This document shows, piece by piece, positions 23,701 through 36,312 of a stretch of DNA of 64,000 nt. The stretch spans positions 1 through 64,000 of the forward strand of contig MU058206.1 of assembly GCA_013265495.1 (NCBI GenBank). The letters are read 5' to 3'. Within the stretch, counting starts at the first letter, position 1. Each line of letters begins with the position of its first letter. The notes below the pieces were generated by a model. That model saw nothing but the letters and a program-made list of their open reading frames with translations. It had not been told where the DNA came from and ran no database searches. This DNA comes from Vicugna vicugna. Taxonomy: Eukaryota. A program made the position numbers and the translations under genes.

Positions 23701-26700
23701 CACTTGTCTCAGATTCCAAACTCCACCCTTATCTAAAGGGGTGGAGGGCATGAGCCAGTGCCCCAGGGTTTGCGTGGATCTCAAAAGACCCTTCACATAT
23801 TTGAAAACTCTCCAACCCATGATGGTGGCCAGTGACTCCTTTCAACTAAGGAACCCCTGGCTGAAGCTGTTGTGAATTGTTAGGAAACATCACACTGAAG
23901 ACTTCATATAGTTTAAAATTCTTTCATCTATGTTGGTGTGTCTTCTATTTTGCCCAATTAAAAAAATTAACTTCTTAAAAGTCAATTCGCCTAAAGGTGT
24001 TTCTACCTTAGTTTCTTGAAAACTTGGAAATGAGAAAAAAAGATTTGCAAACATTCTCAAAAATGGAATGAAATCACCCCATCAAACATGGAATGAGCAA
24101 GTGTAATAAATGTAAATTTCAGGCAAATGTGTCCATCACTTTGGTAAATTGATCATTTTGGAGCAATTAGCCTGAATCCTAGTCATTCCTCTCTTCTTCT
24201 CAAGATTGCCCCACTTTGGACCAATAGAGGGTGTGGCCAGAGCGGTGCATCAGGCCACTTAGTAGAATGACCTTCTGTGGGCCTCAGTTTTCACATCTGC
24301 CAAAGAGGGGATGAAGGGCATCCCTCAAATCTTTCCTCTTCAGTTTCTGGAGCAGGTTTTTGGGGTGATAATTCCTCTCCCTCATGGGACTGGAATCCCC
24401 CGCAGAAGTTAGGGACCATGTCTCATTGGAAACTCTTATTTCAATGCTCAGTAAATAGTTGCTGAATTAGTTAAAATTTAAGGAGAGCAGTTCCCCATCC
24501 TCCTTTGGTCTGCATACCTTCTTTAGACTCTTCTTGTGGGTAGGTTTTTCTTCATTTCTATCCTACCCCCTACTCTGAGATGACTTCCGCTCTTTGGGGA
24601 TGGCTAAACTCTCCTCCCATTACCACTCCCCCATCTCTGCCAGACAAGATACTTCTTTGATAACTAACACTTATTGAACTCCTACTATGCACCAGACAGA
24701 GCTGCGTGAATCACTTCATTGAACTTTCACAGCAATCCTGGGCAGTAGATATCACCAACCCAATGTTCTAGGTGGGAAAACTGAGGCTTAGAGAGACTGA
24801 GAATTTATCCAAAGTAGCATACTATTAAGTAGCAGATCTGGAATGTTTTGAAATAGAAAACAAAACAAGCACAGGAAACACATGGTTACTAATTATGTGG
24901 CCTCAACTCCAAATGCAAGACTTAGGAGAAGAGAGGACCACAGGCAGCAACTGAGAAAGCAGGCGCCAAGAAGAGGGGCTTGCGCGAGAATGTGCGAGAA
25001 TGCTGCTCCATCCACCACTGTCACAGACAGACCCCCTCAGCTATCTGGAGCCCAGTCCCAAGTAACTGGAGCACAGCCAAAAGCCACAAAGGATGCAAGA
25101 AAGACCTTGGAGAACAGAAAAGAGGAATCCCAAAGTAAATAAACACCCTATTCATTTATTCAATGCTCACTGCACCCCTCTGAAGCAGGTACTGTCATGA
25201 TTACCTAATAACGAAGAAACTGAGGCAGAGAGGAATTTAAAACTTGCCCCAGGTCACTCAGCTCTAAGCATGAGCCAGGATTCAGAGCGATGAAGGCAAC
25301 TGAGGAGGAAGGCAGTATAGCTCACACTTCTGCTCTGAGAGCTGGCTCCCACCTGGTTCTGATCCTACTTACACTCACTTGATACATCTCTCTACCAGGG
25401 CTAGTTACACAGTTTCTTAAGATTCCATTAGGCCTAATAAATTAGAATGGGGGAGGTGCTGCTCAGGTGACGCTGGTAGCAGCAAGAATTGACAACTGAT
25501 CTGTTGACAGGAAGGGAAGAGAGAAAAATTCTAAGAAAAACTGACAGGAGAACTCAGACAAACGTGTGGTCACTTGGGATAAAGAACACACTTAATTGCA
25601 GCCCAGAAAAATCACTGGTGTAAATATTGGGCCCCTGAGTAATAGGGGAAATTGTGAAGGTATGTTCCAGAGACCGGGAGGTACAAGAAGGTGCATGGTT
25701 AAAGTGAAAAACACTAGGTGAGCCGAGCTACAAATCCTTGACTTTTGGGAAACTCAGCTATGCAGAAAATCAATCCCTGGGGTTCTAGTTAATTGAGGCC
25801 ACATCGTATTTTCATGTTCTTAAATTTCATAAATACACACATTGGGTTCCTAATATGCACTAGGTACCAGCTGTGGCAGCGCTGAGGCAACCACAGTCCC
25901 TGCCCTCAGGGAGCTGACAGTCTAGTGGGGAACTCTGTAGAGTGTCAGCCCAAATAAGGATAGTGAAACAAGAGGGACATGTGACAGGGCAGCTCTGCCT
26001 GAGATGGGAGGGTTGGGGCAACAGGACCACTTACCTGATGAATTGACATTTAAGCAGAACCCTAAAGGATGAAAAGAAATCTGAACAGATCCTTCTGTAA
26101 TCTTGCTCGCACGCTGGGGAAAAGCCTGCATCTGGGACTATCCCCCCAATGCCAAGCTTCTGGTCTGCAGGTGTTCCCAGCACTGTGTTCCTGCCACCTG
26201 GAATGACACTGGTGGCAACACCCAAGGATCCCCGCCTATGCTACCTGCAGCCTCCTCACCAGTCTAGGAGGACCATAGGCTGCCTCCTACAATGATCCAA
26301 CCTATCCATCCCCCTGCCTCCATCAAACCCTAATGAGACCTCAGGATATTTTAAAGGACTGGAGGGAAAGAAGCATTTTTGGCCATGGTCTTGTCTTGCC
26401 AATGTGGAAGCAGAGGAATGCCCCAAATGACCTTTACAGCTCCCCTCTAGTCCCGTGACCCAAGAACCCCTACTTCCTGAGCATCAAATGGGAGCTGCAT
26501 GGTCTGGAGCCAGGGAAACAGGCTTTGGAGTTTTATTAGACATTAAGATTTTTTTTTTAAGGAACAGAAATATAAAGCAAGCTGCCAGCAGCCCCTCCCT
26601 CTAGGGAATCTGGTGCTAAATCATTCCATCCATGAGCAAAGATGCCTTGGTGGCAGGAATCTGACTCCCCTTTCTCCTGCTTCCAGTGCTGTTCCCACTG

Positions 26701-27527
26701 GCTGCATAGGGGCAGGGAGAGGGGAGGGCTGGTGGCTGGAAATCAAACCCTGGTGGAGCAGGGCTGCTGGGTGGTGAGAGCAGCCACTTTCTCATCATTG
26801 ATAACAGGCATCCTTCTCTCCCCGCTTGATGCCAGACTCTGGATGATTGGCTGGTCTTTTGCTTTGACCCTGAGCTGTCTCCATCTCTAACTGTCCAGAG
26901 AGATGAAGACTCAGAGAGGGAAAGCAAAGTGGGTCAGAACTCCTAGGGTAGGGCCAGGATTTGAACCCAAGGCCCCAAGCTTCTGTATTCTGTTCTTGGG
27001 GACAGACACCTCCCATTTGATGCTTAATATGTGGAATGGTAGAATTAAGGACCGGGAGCAGAGCCCTGCTAGCCTTTCTTAGAAAAAGATTCTCCTCTGA
27101 GTAGATGCATCCCATGCAGGTGTGCAGCTTAGCAAGTGGCATTTGGACTAGATTTCAGCCCCCTTGGCTGGGAGCCCTGTGCAAGCTGCAACCTGCCCAC
27201 GGGTTCCTGATGACAGTCCGAAGGCCCTCTGCTGGGCCTCAGGTCGCCTTCCCCACATGGTGTAGAGTTGCTATAACCCCAATATGACCTCTGCAGAAAG
27301 CCACCATTTGAGGCTCTGGCCTCAGACCCCTAGCAGCCTGCAGAGGCGCACTGTCCCCAACTGCCTTTTTTCCTCACCAGTTTTCATGTGCCAAATGCCT
27401 CCCTGGTGAGCTCATCCTGGCCCAGATGGTTCCAATAGAAGGCTTTAGGAAGGAGTGTTTGCTCTCTGGAATCCACCTCCCTCCTCTTTCTCTTGCCAGT
27501 CTGACCTTCTGGTCTTCCCCCACCCAG

Positions 27528-27669
27528 GTGTCCCTTGGAGGTGCCAGAGAGTCGTGCCCCACGGACCTGTACACCCACAGCGGCGAGTGCTGCAAAGCCT
27601 GCAACCTGGGCGAGGGCGTGGCCCAGCCTTGCGGAGCCAACCAGACCGTGTGTGAGCCCTGCCTGGACA
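27528..27669 (+). CDS. NGFR: NGFR exon 2 (end of signal peptide + CRD1)
   Basis: Acceptor 'tcttcccccacccag', 142 nt encoding VSLGGARESCPTDLYTHSGECCKACNLGEGVAQPCGANQTVCEPCLD, donor GTGAGT at 27670. Contains the N60 NQT glycosylation sequon. Confidence 0.98.
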
Positions 27670-30600
27670 GTGAGTATAGGGTGTCCGGTGGAGGGGAGGG
27701 GAACTGAATGGAAGCAAGGTTAAGGGGGCTGGAGGGCATGCCCAGTAGAGGCCTTACAAGTGCTCTGCATCCTGGCAGGGTCTCCTGCCCACCACTGCAT
27801 GGGCACCAGAAGTGGGTCTTACCCAGTATAGGAGGCAGAGAGGGATGAGGGAAGTTTACAGAGGGAGGAGGGGGAATCTGATGGGGGATCCCCAGGAGGT
27901 GCCCGTTCCCAGCCCCCACGCAGAGAGGCCTGGTAGAAGAGTGTGGCCAGGTGGGAGGAGTCGCTGATGCTGAGACCAGCTAAAAATATCATCTGCACTG
28001 CAAAATCAATGGCTGCCTCTTACCCTCAGTGTGTTTGGGGGGAGGGGAAGAGGATCAAATCCTAGCTGCCCTGGAGACTGACCTTGGGGGATCCTGGGAG
28101 GGTGTGGCTTCCCCTCCCCCTAGGCCAACTGTTCTCCAGCTCTGACCAAGGAAACAGAGCTTTCCCAGGCAGTGGGGATGGGAGTGGGAGCGCGAAGACA
28201 ATGAGGATGTTCTTACTTGGGGGTTATGCAGGGGATGGTGCGCTGTGGCCAATCCTACCTGGGATTTTCTTGAGGAGGGGAGACAGCCCCATCTTCCAGG
28301 GCTGCTGGATGAGGGAGGCAGAAAGATGGTGGGTCTGGGGTCTGCAATTCTGTATGCTTGACTCAGGAGTCTCTGCTGGATGCCCCTGGCCTCAGTTGCC
28401 TTCAGGCTGTGGGCTCAGTGTCCTTTCCCCAACTCTGCCTGGAAACCTTTCCTCATGGTTAATAGTCAGATCCTGCCTAGAAAGTAGACCTGGCACTCAA
28501 TGCCCACCTGGAGGGCCAGTGGGAATTATACTTAGATTATTCTTTAATCAGGCTGAAAACAAGGGTATAGGAACCCTGAACCCACCCACCAGCCTGTCTT
28601 CCCATTGGATGTGTGCGTGCACACAGCATATTTATCCTTCAGGCAGCCGCAACTTCTTGGTGTCTCAAACACACTGTTTTCCTATCTCTGTGCTTGTAGA
28701 TCTTGTAACTCCATTCCCCAGTAGACGGATGCCTAGAGCCAGGTGGGGAGACTGTACATCCTGTAATGCCTTTGTTACCTTGTCATCTGACCACCTCCCC
28801 TGGCCCTGGCCTAACAGGGTGTCCATCCCAGGGCAGGGTTAGCTACCCTGGAACTTCCCACGTTTGCCTCTATCATTTCCTAAACTGCTGCTCAGAGCCT
28901 CTTCTCCCTGGACCCTGTCCCAGGATGGGACCCCACTCCCTTCTGTCAAAGCAAGGGGTGGGATAGAAGAGCCTGAGAGAGGGCATCTCCTGGGAAAGGG
29001 ACGGGAGACAGGAGCAGAGACCTGCTCAGAATCCTCCCTCCCATTTCCTCCCTCTGCTCCCCTCCCTCCCCACCACCCCATTCCCCCTCACATCCCCTAC
29101 ACCCCAGCTGTGTTAATAGGCTGCCTTTACAAGTCAACTTTATGGGATGGAGACCCCAGTGGACTTTCCCTCTATCCTCAAAACATTTCCACAAGGAAAC
29201 CCATTAAGCTCCTGCCTTCATTCTTTGCCAAAAATACCACATTTTTTTCACCCCCTAAAACCTTCTCCCAGGAGTTTTCTGCTAGTTTTCTGTGTTTTCC
29301 CATGGTCAGGGCCCTCCCCTTCCCCTCCTGTGTGACTAGATCCATCCCCTGCCACATGCCAACCAGACTGGAACCTCTTGCATAAACTGGGCCTCCTGCC
29401 TTGGCTGTCTGTGTTTGGAAGTCCTTTCTGTTGTCTGACTATATCCCTGCTACTGAAGTTCTTTGAATTTATCATTGCCTACCCCAGGGGGCCCATCCTT
29501 TACAGGATCCCTGCTGTGTGTCAAGGACTTTACGGTGGAATTTCACTTATTCCTCACCGCAACCCTGTAAGTGGAAATATTAGTCCTTGTTTTACAGAGA
29601 AAGAAAAAAAAAAACAAAACTCAGAGAAGTCAAGTAAAACACCCAGGGTCACACAGCTAATTAAGTGATGGAAGCAGGTTTAGAATCCAGATCTGCCTGA
29701 TCTGCTTGGGAAGAGAAACACAGCTCTGCCAGAACTGATTTGAAACTGAAATCTCCCTCCAGGCCCATCTCTGCCTTTTCTTCCCCTGCCCTCCTCTCCC
29801 CAGTTGCTGCCCCTTTCACTTCTCTGCTTTTTCCTTCTTTGCTCCTCTAGCCCTACCCCCACCCCCAAGATAATGACCCTCCATCTCGTGCTCCATCTTG
29901 TCTCTTGAAGCCTTTAGAAGAAGGTTAAGATAGGACCCCAGGGCAAGCCTTGAATTCCCTCCAATGGGATCCTAATCTCTCTATCTCTGCTTCCATAGTC
30001 TGAGCAATCCTTCTCCTGTTCTCAGGTTCTAAATCCCTCTTCCCGCCCTTGGAGCAAGGATATATTCTTTTGGATTCAGTTTGGCATAGTGTTCTCCACC
30101 CTGGGCTGGAAGGGGTGAGGAAGATCTGGCCCTGAGCCTTCACCTCTTTGCACAAGGAGAGGCTCCTGGCATCCCATAGCATCCCATAGCATTCCGTCCC
30201 CTTATTCTGGGAGTCACATCCCTTAATTGAGAGCGTAAGTCAAGAGAGCTTGGAAATTTTTCCTTTGTGCCATTTGAAAGGGCAGTGGACTAGATACACA
30301 AGTCCTTCTTCCCTTCTAGCTTCAGTCGCTCCTGCTGTACCTGAATTTTCTTGCCAGGTGTCGCATCCCTGCCCTCAAGAGCCAAACCCTTGGGTAGCGT
30401 CATGGGTGGGAGATTCTGTTGTCTAACTCTAGCCACGCCCATGCAGGCCACACCCGCACCCCCACGTGTGTGGAGAGGAATGGAAGGGCAGCTTCCAAGG
30501 CGGGAGCTCCCTGGTGAAGGCTGGCCATGGCTGAGCTGGGTTCACAGCCCAACTCTGGCCTGCAGGGAGGGCTAGGTGGGAACCACGTTCAGCCCATGAT

Positions 30601-30893
30601 TATTCCTTAATCATGCCGGGAACGCTCTAAGAGAATTTACCAAGAAATTTACCTGGTTACTCCGTGAAGCCTCCCGGCCAGAGCTTCCTCCTTCCTAGTC
30701 GGCTGCCATGAGCTTTCACACATCCGCGGCCAGGGACCCAAAGAAGAGGGTGGGAGTCAATGAAGGGGCGGGGCGGAATAAGGGGGTCAGCTCCCTGGGC
30801 CAGGATGGAGAGGGAGGGTCTCCAGCCCCGGCGTCCCAAGTGCCCCAAGAGCAGGCGACTAACCGCGAGGCTCTCGGGTCCATCTGCCCTCAG

Positions 30894-31253
30894 GCGTGAC
30901 CTTTTCGGACGTGGTGAGCGCCACCGAGCCGTGTAAGCCGTGCACCGAGTGCGTGGGGCTGCAGAGCATGTCGGCGCCGTGCGTGGAGGCCGACGATGCC
31001 GTGTGCCGCTGCGCCTACGGCTACTACCAGGACGAGACGACCGGCCGCTGCGAGGCGTGCCGCGTGTGCGAGGCGGGCTCGGGACTCGTGTTCTCCTGCC
31101 AGGACAAGCAGAACACGGTGTGCGAGGAGTGCCCCGACGGCACCTACTCCGACGAGGCCAACCACGTGGACCCGTGCCTCCCCTGCACGGTGTGCGAGGA
31201 CACCGAGCGCCAGCTGCGCGAGTGCACGCGCTGGGCCGACGCCGAGTGCGAGG
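30894..31253 (+). CDS. NGFR: NGFR exon 3 (CRD2-CRD4)
   Basis: Acceptor 'ctgccctcag', 360 nt encoding VTFSDVVSATEPCKPC...RECTRWADAECE, donor GTGAGC at 31254. Confidence 0.98.
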
Positions 31254-34200
31254 GTGAGCGCGCCCGGGGGGGGGGGGGGGGAGGCTCAGGGGTCGGGAAG
31301 GGCAGGGCCGGGTCTGGCCTGCGGAGTAGCCCTGAGGCCTTTAGCCAGCAGGCACCCTCCCGATCCTTCCCACCAAAGGACCCCATTCACTACTTTCCTC
31401 TTAAGGCCAAGTGTTTGGAAAGCCATCCTCATCCTCGCAGGCCGCGGCTATGACATTCTCACTCATTTTCCAGGGCTTTGTTAATCTGGCTGCTGGCTGG
31501 GGTTTGGATGCGTGGCAGATGAGCAGCCCCAAGGTGTCCAGAGCACAAATAAGACATACTTGATCCTTGAGGCCGACTCTCAGAATTGGAGAAGGGGCTT
31601 GAGGACCCTCAGGAGTTGGGACTCTTTGGCTCTGAGACCCATAGTGATTCATGGCTCTGGGACCTGGGATGGAGTCTGCCCTCTCACTTACTAGTTGAAT
31701 AATGTCAAGGAAGGAGGTCACTTCTGTCTCTGGATCTCAGTTTCCTCACCGTCATGCAGTTTTCAGGGTTGCAGTGGGTTAGGGAAGGGGGCAGGCTCAC
31801 TTCGACTTGTGGGGAAGGGATCAGCAGTCACTGTTACAGTTGAGTCAAGGATGAAGTCAGGCCCAGGGGACACTAAAGAGGTCATGGGGACAGGAGCTTG
31901 GGGACCGAGAAAAAAAGGGAGCAGCAGGCCTGGGACTCAGAAGCCTGGGGATGAGGCAGGGGGCACATGGAGGGCCTTCAGGTCCCGGGCTGCATGGGAG
32001 CTGGGTGTGCCCCCCTGAGCCAGGTGGAGCAGTTTCTGGGATGAGAGGAGGAAGCACTATGGATGCCAGGGCAGAATGGTTTGGGTCTCTGGTTGGTGAC
32101 ATCCATCTCGGGAGAGGGACTGACAGTGCCTTTACTTTATGTCCATCGTCCTATGGCTGGACACCCATTTAACTGTTTCCCCTTGTGACCTAGCACCTCA
32201 GGGTGCCTTCTTCAGGGAGCCTGAGTTTGACGGGACAGAGACAGCCTTTGCCCCAGTCTGAGGAGGGAGGCATGGTCCCAGCACTTAGTTCCCAGGAGAT
32301 GCCCCATTCTGGTGGAGGCAACACAGCTCTGCCTTCAATCAGCCCCAGTCCAATGGGAAAGATAGATCCCCTGCCATAGGGAGCCTCCAGTCTGACGCGT
32401 TTCCTATACACCCATGCCTTCCTTCCACATCCAGTGATCTCTGGCACAGGGAGCTCAGGGCAGAGAAGGCTGTTCAGCTGGGCTGAGGCCAGGTATGCAT
32501 GTAAAGCTTCCTACACTGGGGTGTGGGGTCAGGGAGGGAGGAGGAGTGGGGCACAGAACACGGTGGTTCCAGTGGCGATTGCCCTGGGCAGGGAGACAGG
32601 CAAGTAGCGTCAGGCGCAGAGCAGAGTAGGGAGGGAGTTTCAGCAGCCTGCGGCAGGCAGGCGGGCAGCACAGTTCTGCTGGCAAGTCCAGACCAGCTGG
32701 TGGGGGAACTCAGTCAGGGGCGCAGTTAGAGCAAAGGAAGGTGGTGGCTGCAGGACGGCTGGGCTCTGCCTTTTGGGGGCACTCACAGATTCCTTCCAGT
32801 TACCACTCCACTTTCTGAGCCACCTTGAAAGGGTGTGTTTATCCCTGCGCCTCTTCCCCTCTCCGCCTCTGAAGGGGTAAATGTCAGCTCCAGGGCAGAA
32901 GGAACATTTCTGGAAATGGAATTTGATTCCTAGTTTGGTTACCCTCTCCCCTCCAGAGCATTGTACTTTCTTGCATATACATTTCAAGAGTTAACATGGT
33001 GACTTACTCACCCTGGGGGTGGAACCCATCCCCCCACCGCCAAATGAAATTTGGGTTTAGGGCGAGTACCCTGTTTCCACCCCAAGTCTGACAGCTACCA
33101 TTCCGGAAACGGCTGTCAGGACCTGCCGAGGGCTTAGTGGGTTGGAATGCTAGTGGACACGGCCACATCTGGATCTCATCCCGCCCCCATCAGGGGGGAC
33201 TGGAGAGATGAGGCGAAGGCGCCTTGGAAGACATTGTCTTCAGCCTGGTCTGTCCTGCCTGCCTCTCTCAGCTCTTCCCCACTTCTCTCTGTGATGCTTG
33301 ACTCACTGACATGTCCCCCCATTCCTCGTACCTTCAGCCTCTGGGTTTGGGTGAATTAAACAGAGCTGTACCCTCAGCCTCGGAGCTCAGGCTGCCCCTC
33401 TGGCTGGCCCTGTCCCTAGGTGAGCAAGAGAAGACCCTCCCCAGTCCACGCCTTGTCTGGGGCTGCCAGATGGGAGGGCTGTGTCTCCTCCACTTCCTGC
33501 CCCACCTCTTCCAACCCCTCCCTCTCAGAACTGAGATGGGGGAGGATGGGATGGAGGCAGCAGATGGCAGCCCCCTCCTGAGTGCCAGCCAGATGGATTC
33601 CAGATTCACATCTGGGGACCTTACTCCTCAGAAGGTGCTGAAAATGGGGACCTTTGAAGCAACTTCACCCTGAGCCAAGGAGGCCTAGGAGACCTGTGGG
33701 CAGGTTTGGCTCCAACTTGGGTGGGCAAGCTGGGGGCTGGGTGGGGCAGAGCTGGGGAGCAAAGTGCCCACCGTTCACCCCATTGGCATGTCCTGTCTGC
33801 TTTCCCTCCCTGCCTCAGACGTGGGAAGCGAGGACAGATAATGTAGGCAACTTTGCCTAGACAGGTACCCCCAGGCTGTCCAGAGCCCACAACTTTGAGT
33901 GCTGCCCCTGACTGGGTGGCAGAATGGAAAATCTCAGCCACTCATGCCAGGGGGTGCTGGATCCCCTGCCAGGGTGGCTGGCAATGCCCAGCTGGCATGA
34001 GAGAACCTAGGTGGGTGGCAAGGCAGTCTCCCTCCCCTGAGGCAGCACCGGCACCCGCTCTGTGGGCCCTCTCTCCAGCAGCAGTCCTCTTCCTTCTCAT
34101 GCTGGGTTTGGGCTGTCTGACACTGTCCTCTCTGGGTAGCAAGATGAGAGGGTTTGAGGACCACATAGGGCAGGAAATAGAGGCTAGCCTTTCTCTAAGG

Positions 34201-34859
34201 ACTGGCTAGAGGGAGGCAAGCCACCCTGGCTGAGCCTAGAGCTAGGACATTAGAGACCGGAAAGGAGGCTGAGTGCCAGCTTTTGAGGAGGTGCTGCGGG
34301 GGAAGTTATCTCTCTGCCAGACCTAATTACCCTCATCCTTCCTTAGGACAGGGGTGACTGGGGCCGCCAGGGCAACCTGGGGCCAGAGAGATTACACTTC
34401 CCCAGGCTGACTCCAGCAGGAGGCTTCTTGGGGGCCCACTCTCTTCTTTGTGTGTTTACCTCCATGCCAGGCTTCTGGGTACCTGGTGTAGGCAGAGTAG
34501 AATTCTAGGACTGCAACTGCAACCCAAGATGGAAAGGAGCTTGAAGAACATCTCTTTTAATATCCCCATTCTATAGATGGGGAAATTGAGGTCCTGAGAG
34601 CTGAAGGGACTGGTCCAGAGTCACATAGCAAGTCAGTGACAGAGCTGAAGGGGACCCAGGTCTCCTGATTCTTAGGCCTTTGCTTTTCTCCATTATCATG
34701 ACATCATATGCACAATCCCAGAGCTCAACCCTGTGTGTAGCAGCTGGGCGTGAAAGCCCCTGAGGTGGGGCGGGGGCTGGGGAAGAAGCCCTGAGGGTCA
34801 GAATACAGGGGAGGGGCTTGGGGGGACAGGGTCCTCACTCCTGTAGCCCTTTCTCCCAG

Positions 34860-35112
34860 AGATCCCTGGCCGTTGGATCACACGGGCCACGCCCCCGGAG
34901 GGCTCGTTCAGCACAGACCCCAGCACCCAAGAGCCCGAGGTACCTCCAGACCAAGAGCTCGTAACCAGCACAGTGTCCGATGTGGTGACTACAGTGATGG
35001 GCAGCTCCCAGCCTGTGGTGACCCGAGGTACCACCGACAACCTCATCCCGGTCTATTGCTCCATCCTGGCTGCTGTGGTTGTGGGCCTCGTGGCCTACAT
35101 CGCCTTCAAGAG
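34860..35112 (+). CDS. NGFR: NGFR exon 4 (S/T-rich stalk + transmembrane helix)
   Basis: Acceptor 'ccctttctcccag', 253 nt encoding IPGRWITRATPPEGSFSTDPSTQEPEVPPDQELVTSTVSDVVTTVMGSSQPVVTRGTTDNLIPVYCSILAAVVVGLVAYIAFKR (translated by hand; this frame is not in the ORF track). Donor GTGAGA at 35113. TM Cys256 and AxxxG are intact. Confidence 0.98.
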
Positions 35113-35479
35113 GTGAGAGGAGGGAAGGGAGACAGGGAGCCAGAGCTTTGCCCTCAAGGAGGGCTTTGCTGTGACCATAAGCTGAAAAGGCACACACTCC
35201 TCCAAACCATGCTCATCCTCACTTACCATCAGCTTCCCCTCTCCAGGGTATGGGAATAGAGAGGTGCTGGCACCCCTTCCCTACCTCCTGCTGACCAACT
35301 GCACACGGAGCTGTCTTTACCAGCTGCCTGTGTACTTGTTCCCTGAACCCCATTTATTCACAGTCACCTGTGGGAGTACATGCATCTCTTCCTTCCTGTG
35401 TCACATGTGGGATGTTATGGCACCCAGATCCAGAAGTCCAGGATGTGGAGAACTCCTGGAAAGTGTTTTAAATGTTTAA

Positions 35480-36040
35480 GTGCATTTTCCATTCTTTAAA
35501 AAAAAATCATCAAAGTAATAACATGCTTGTTTGGGAAAATGCAAACAAGACCAATGTCCTGTAAAGCAAAAAGTACTAAAAGTCCTCTTTTTATCTTCCC
35601 AAATCCTACCCCTCACCTCATTGGAATCTGTTTGGAACGGATCCCTTCCAGCCATTTTCTGTGCATTTATAAACACATGTGTTAAAACTTTTTGTAGTTA
35701 TTCGTACACACGCAGGTTGGGTTTTTTTGTTTTTTGATTTTTTTTTAGAGCATCAATGGGATCACACTATGCATATTCTTCAAATCACTTTTTCACTTAA
35801 TCTCCCTTGGGAAAACTTTCCTCAGAACATATAGCTTATATGATCATTTGTAACCGCTCATTCAATAATATGGATGGATCATAATTTATTTAACCAGTCT
35901 CCTATTGATGGACCTTTGGTTTGTTTTCAATTTTTTCTTATTGCTTATAATAGCAGAGGAAATCCTTGGACATATCCCTGCACACATGTGGGAGTACTTT
36001 AGCAGGGTAGGTTGGGAAAAGTGGAATTCCTGGGAAGTCA
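35480..36040 (-). mobile_element. Ancient L1 3' fragment (L1ME-like) in intron 4
   Basis: AT-rich, with 'aatgggatcacactatgcatatt' and 'ggatggatcataatttatttaaccagtctcctattgatggac..ttggtttgttttcaatttt'. Confidence 0.75.
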
Positions 36041-36312
36041 TTTATTTTTGCATCATTCATCCCCCAGACATTTATTGAACACTTGCCAGGTACACCAAGC
36101 CCCGGGTGCCACTCTGCCCACCCGGCGCTTCCGGTGGGGGCTGGGGGCAGGTGTGGAGAGGAAGAAGAGCCTCAGGAATCATGCAGGAAGTGGGGGGGGG
36201 TCACAGCTGGGGACCTACCATGCCCCTGGCCCCCACATGCCAGAAAACAGAGGAGCCACGTGGCCGGCGCAGCCCCTCAGCCCCTGAGACGGGGTCTGTC
36301 CTCTGGCTCCAG

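Noticed and set aside
28084..28842. 252-aa ORF in intron 2
   Set aside because: Non-ATG start, no homology, no splice support; a chance ORF.
30171..30195. (ATCCCATAGC)2 tandem and other short tandem duplications
   Set aside because: Ordinary slippage duplications with no repeat-spacer structure.
30940..31484. Overlapping alternative-frame ORFs in exon 3
   Set aside because: Shadow frames from extreme third-position GC content.
33557..33570. CTCF-like GCAGCAGATGGCAG in intron 3
   Set aside because: Mismatch at the first core position and no supporting context; it could equally be a CAGATG E-box.
35113..36312. Orthologue of human miR-6165, reported in NGFR intron 4
   Set aside because: I could not identify a matching mature sequence or a clear hairpin by eye; it needs BLAST and folding.
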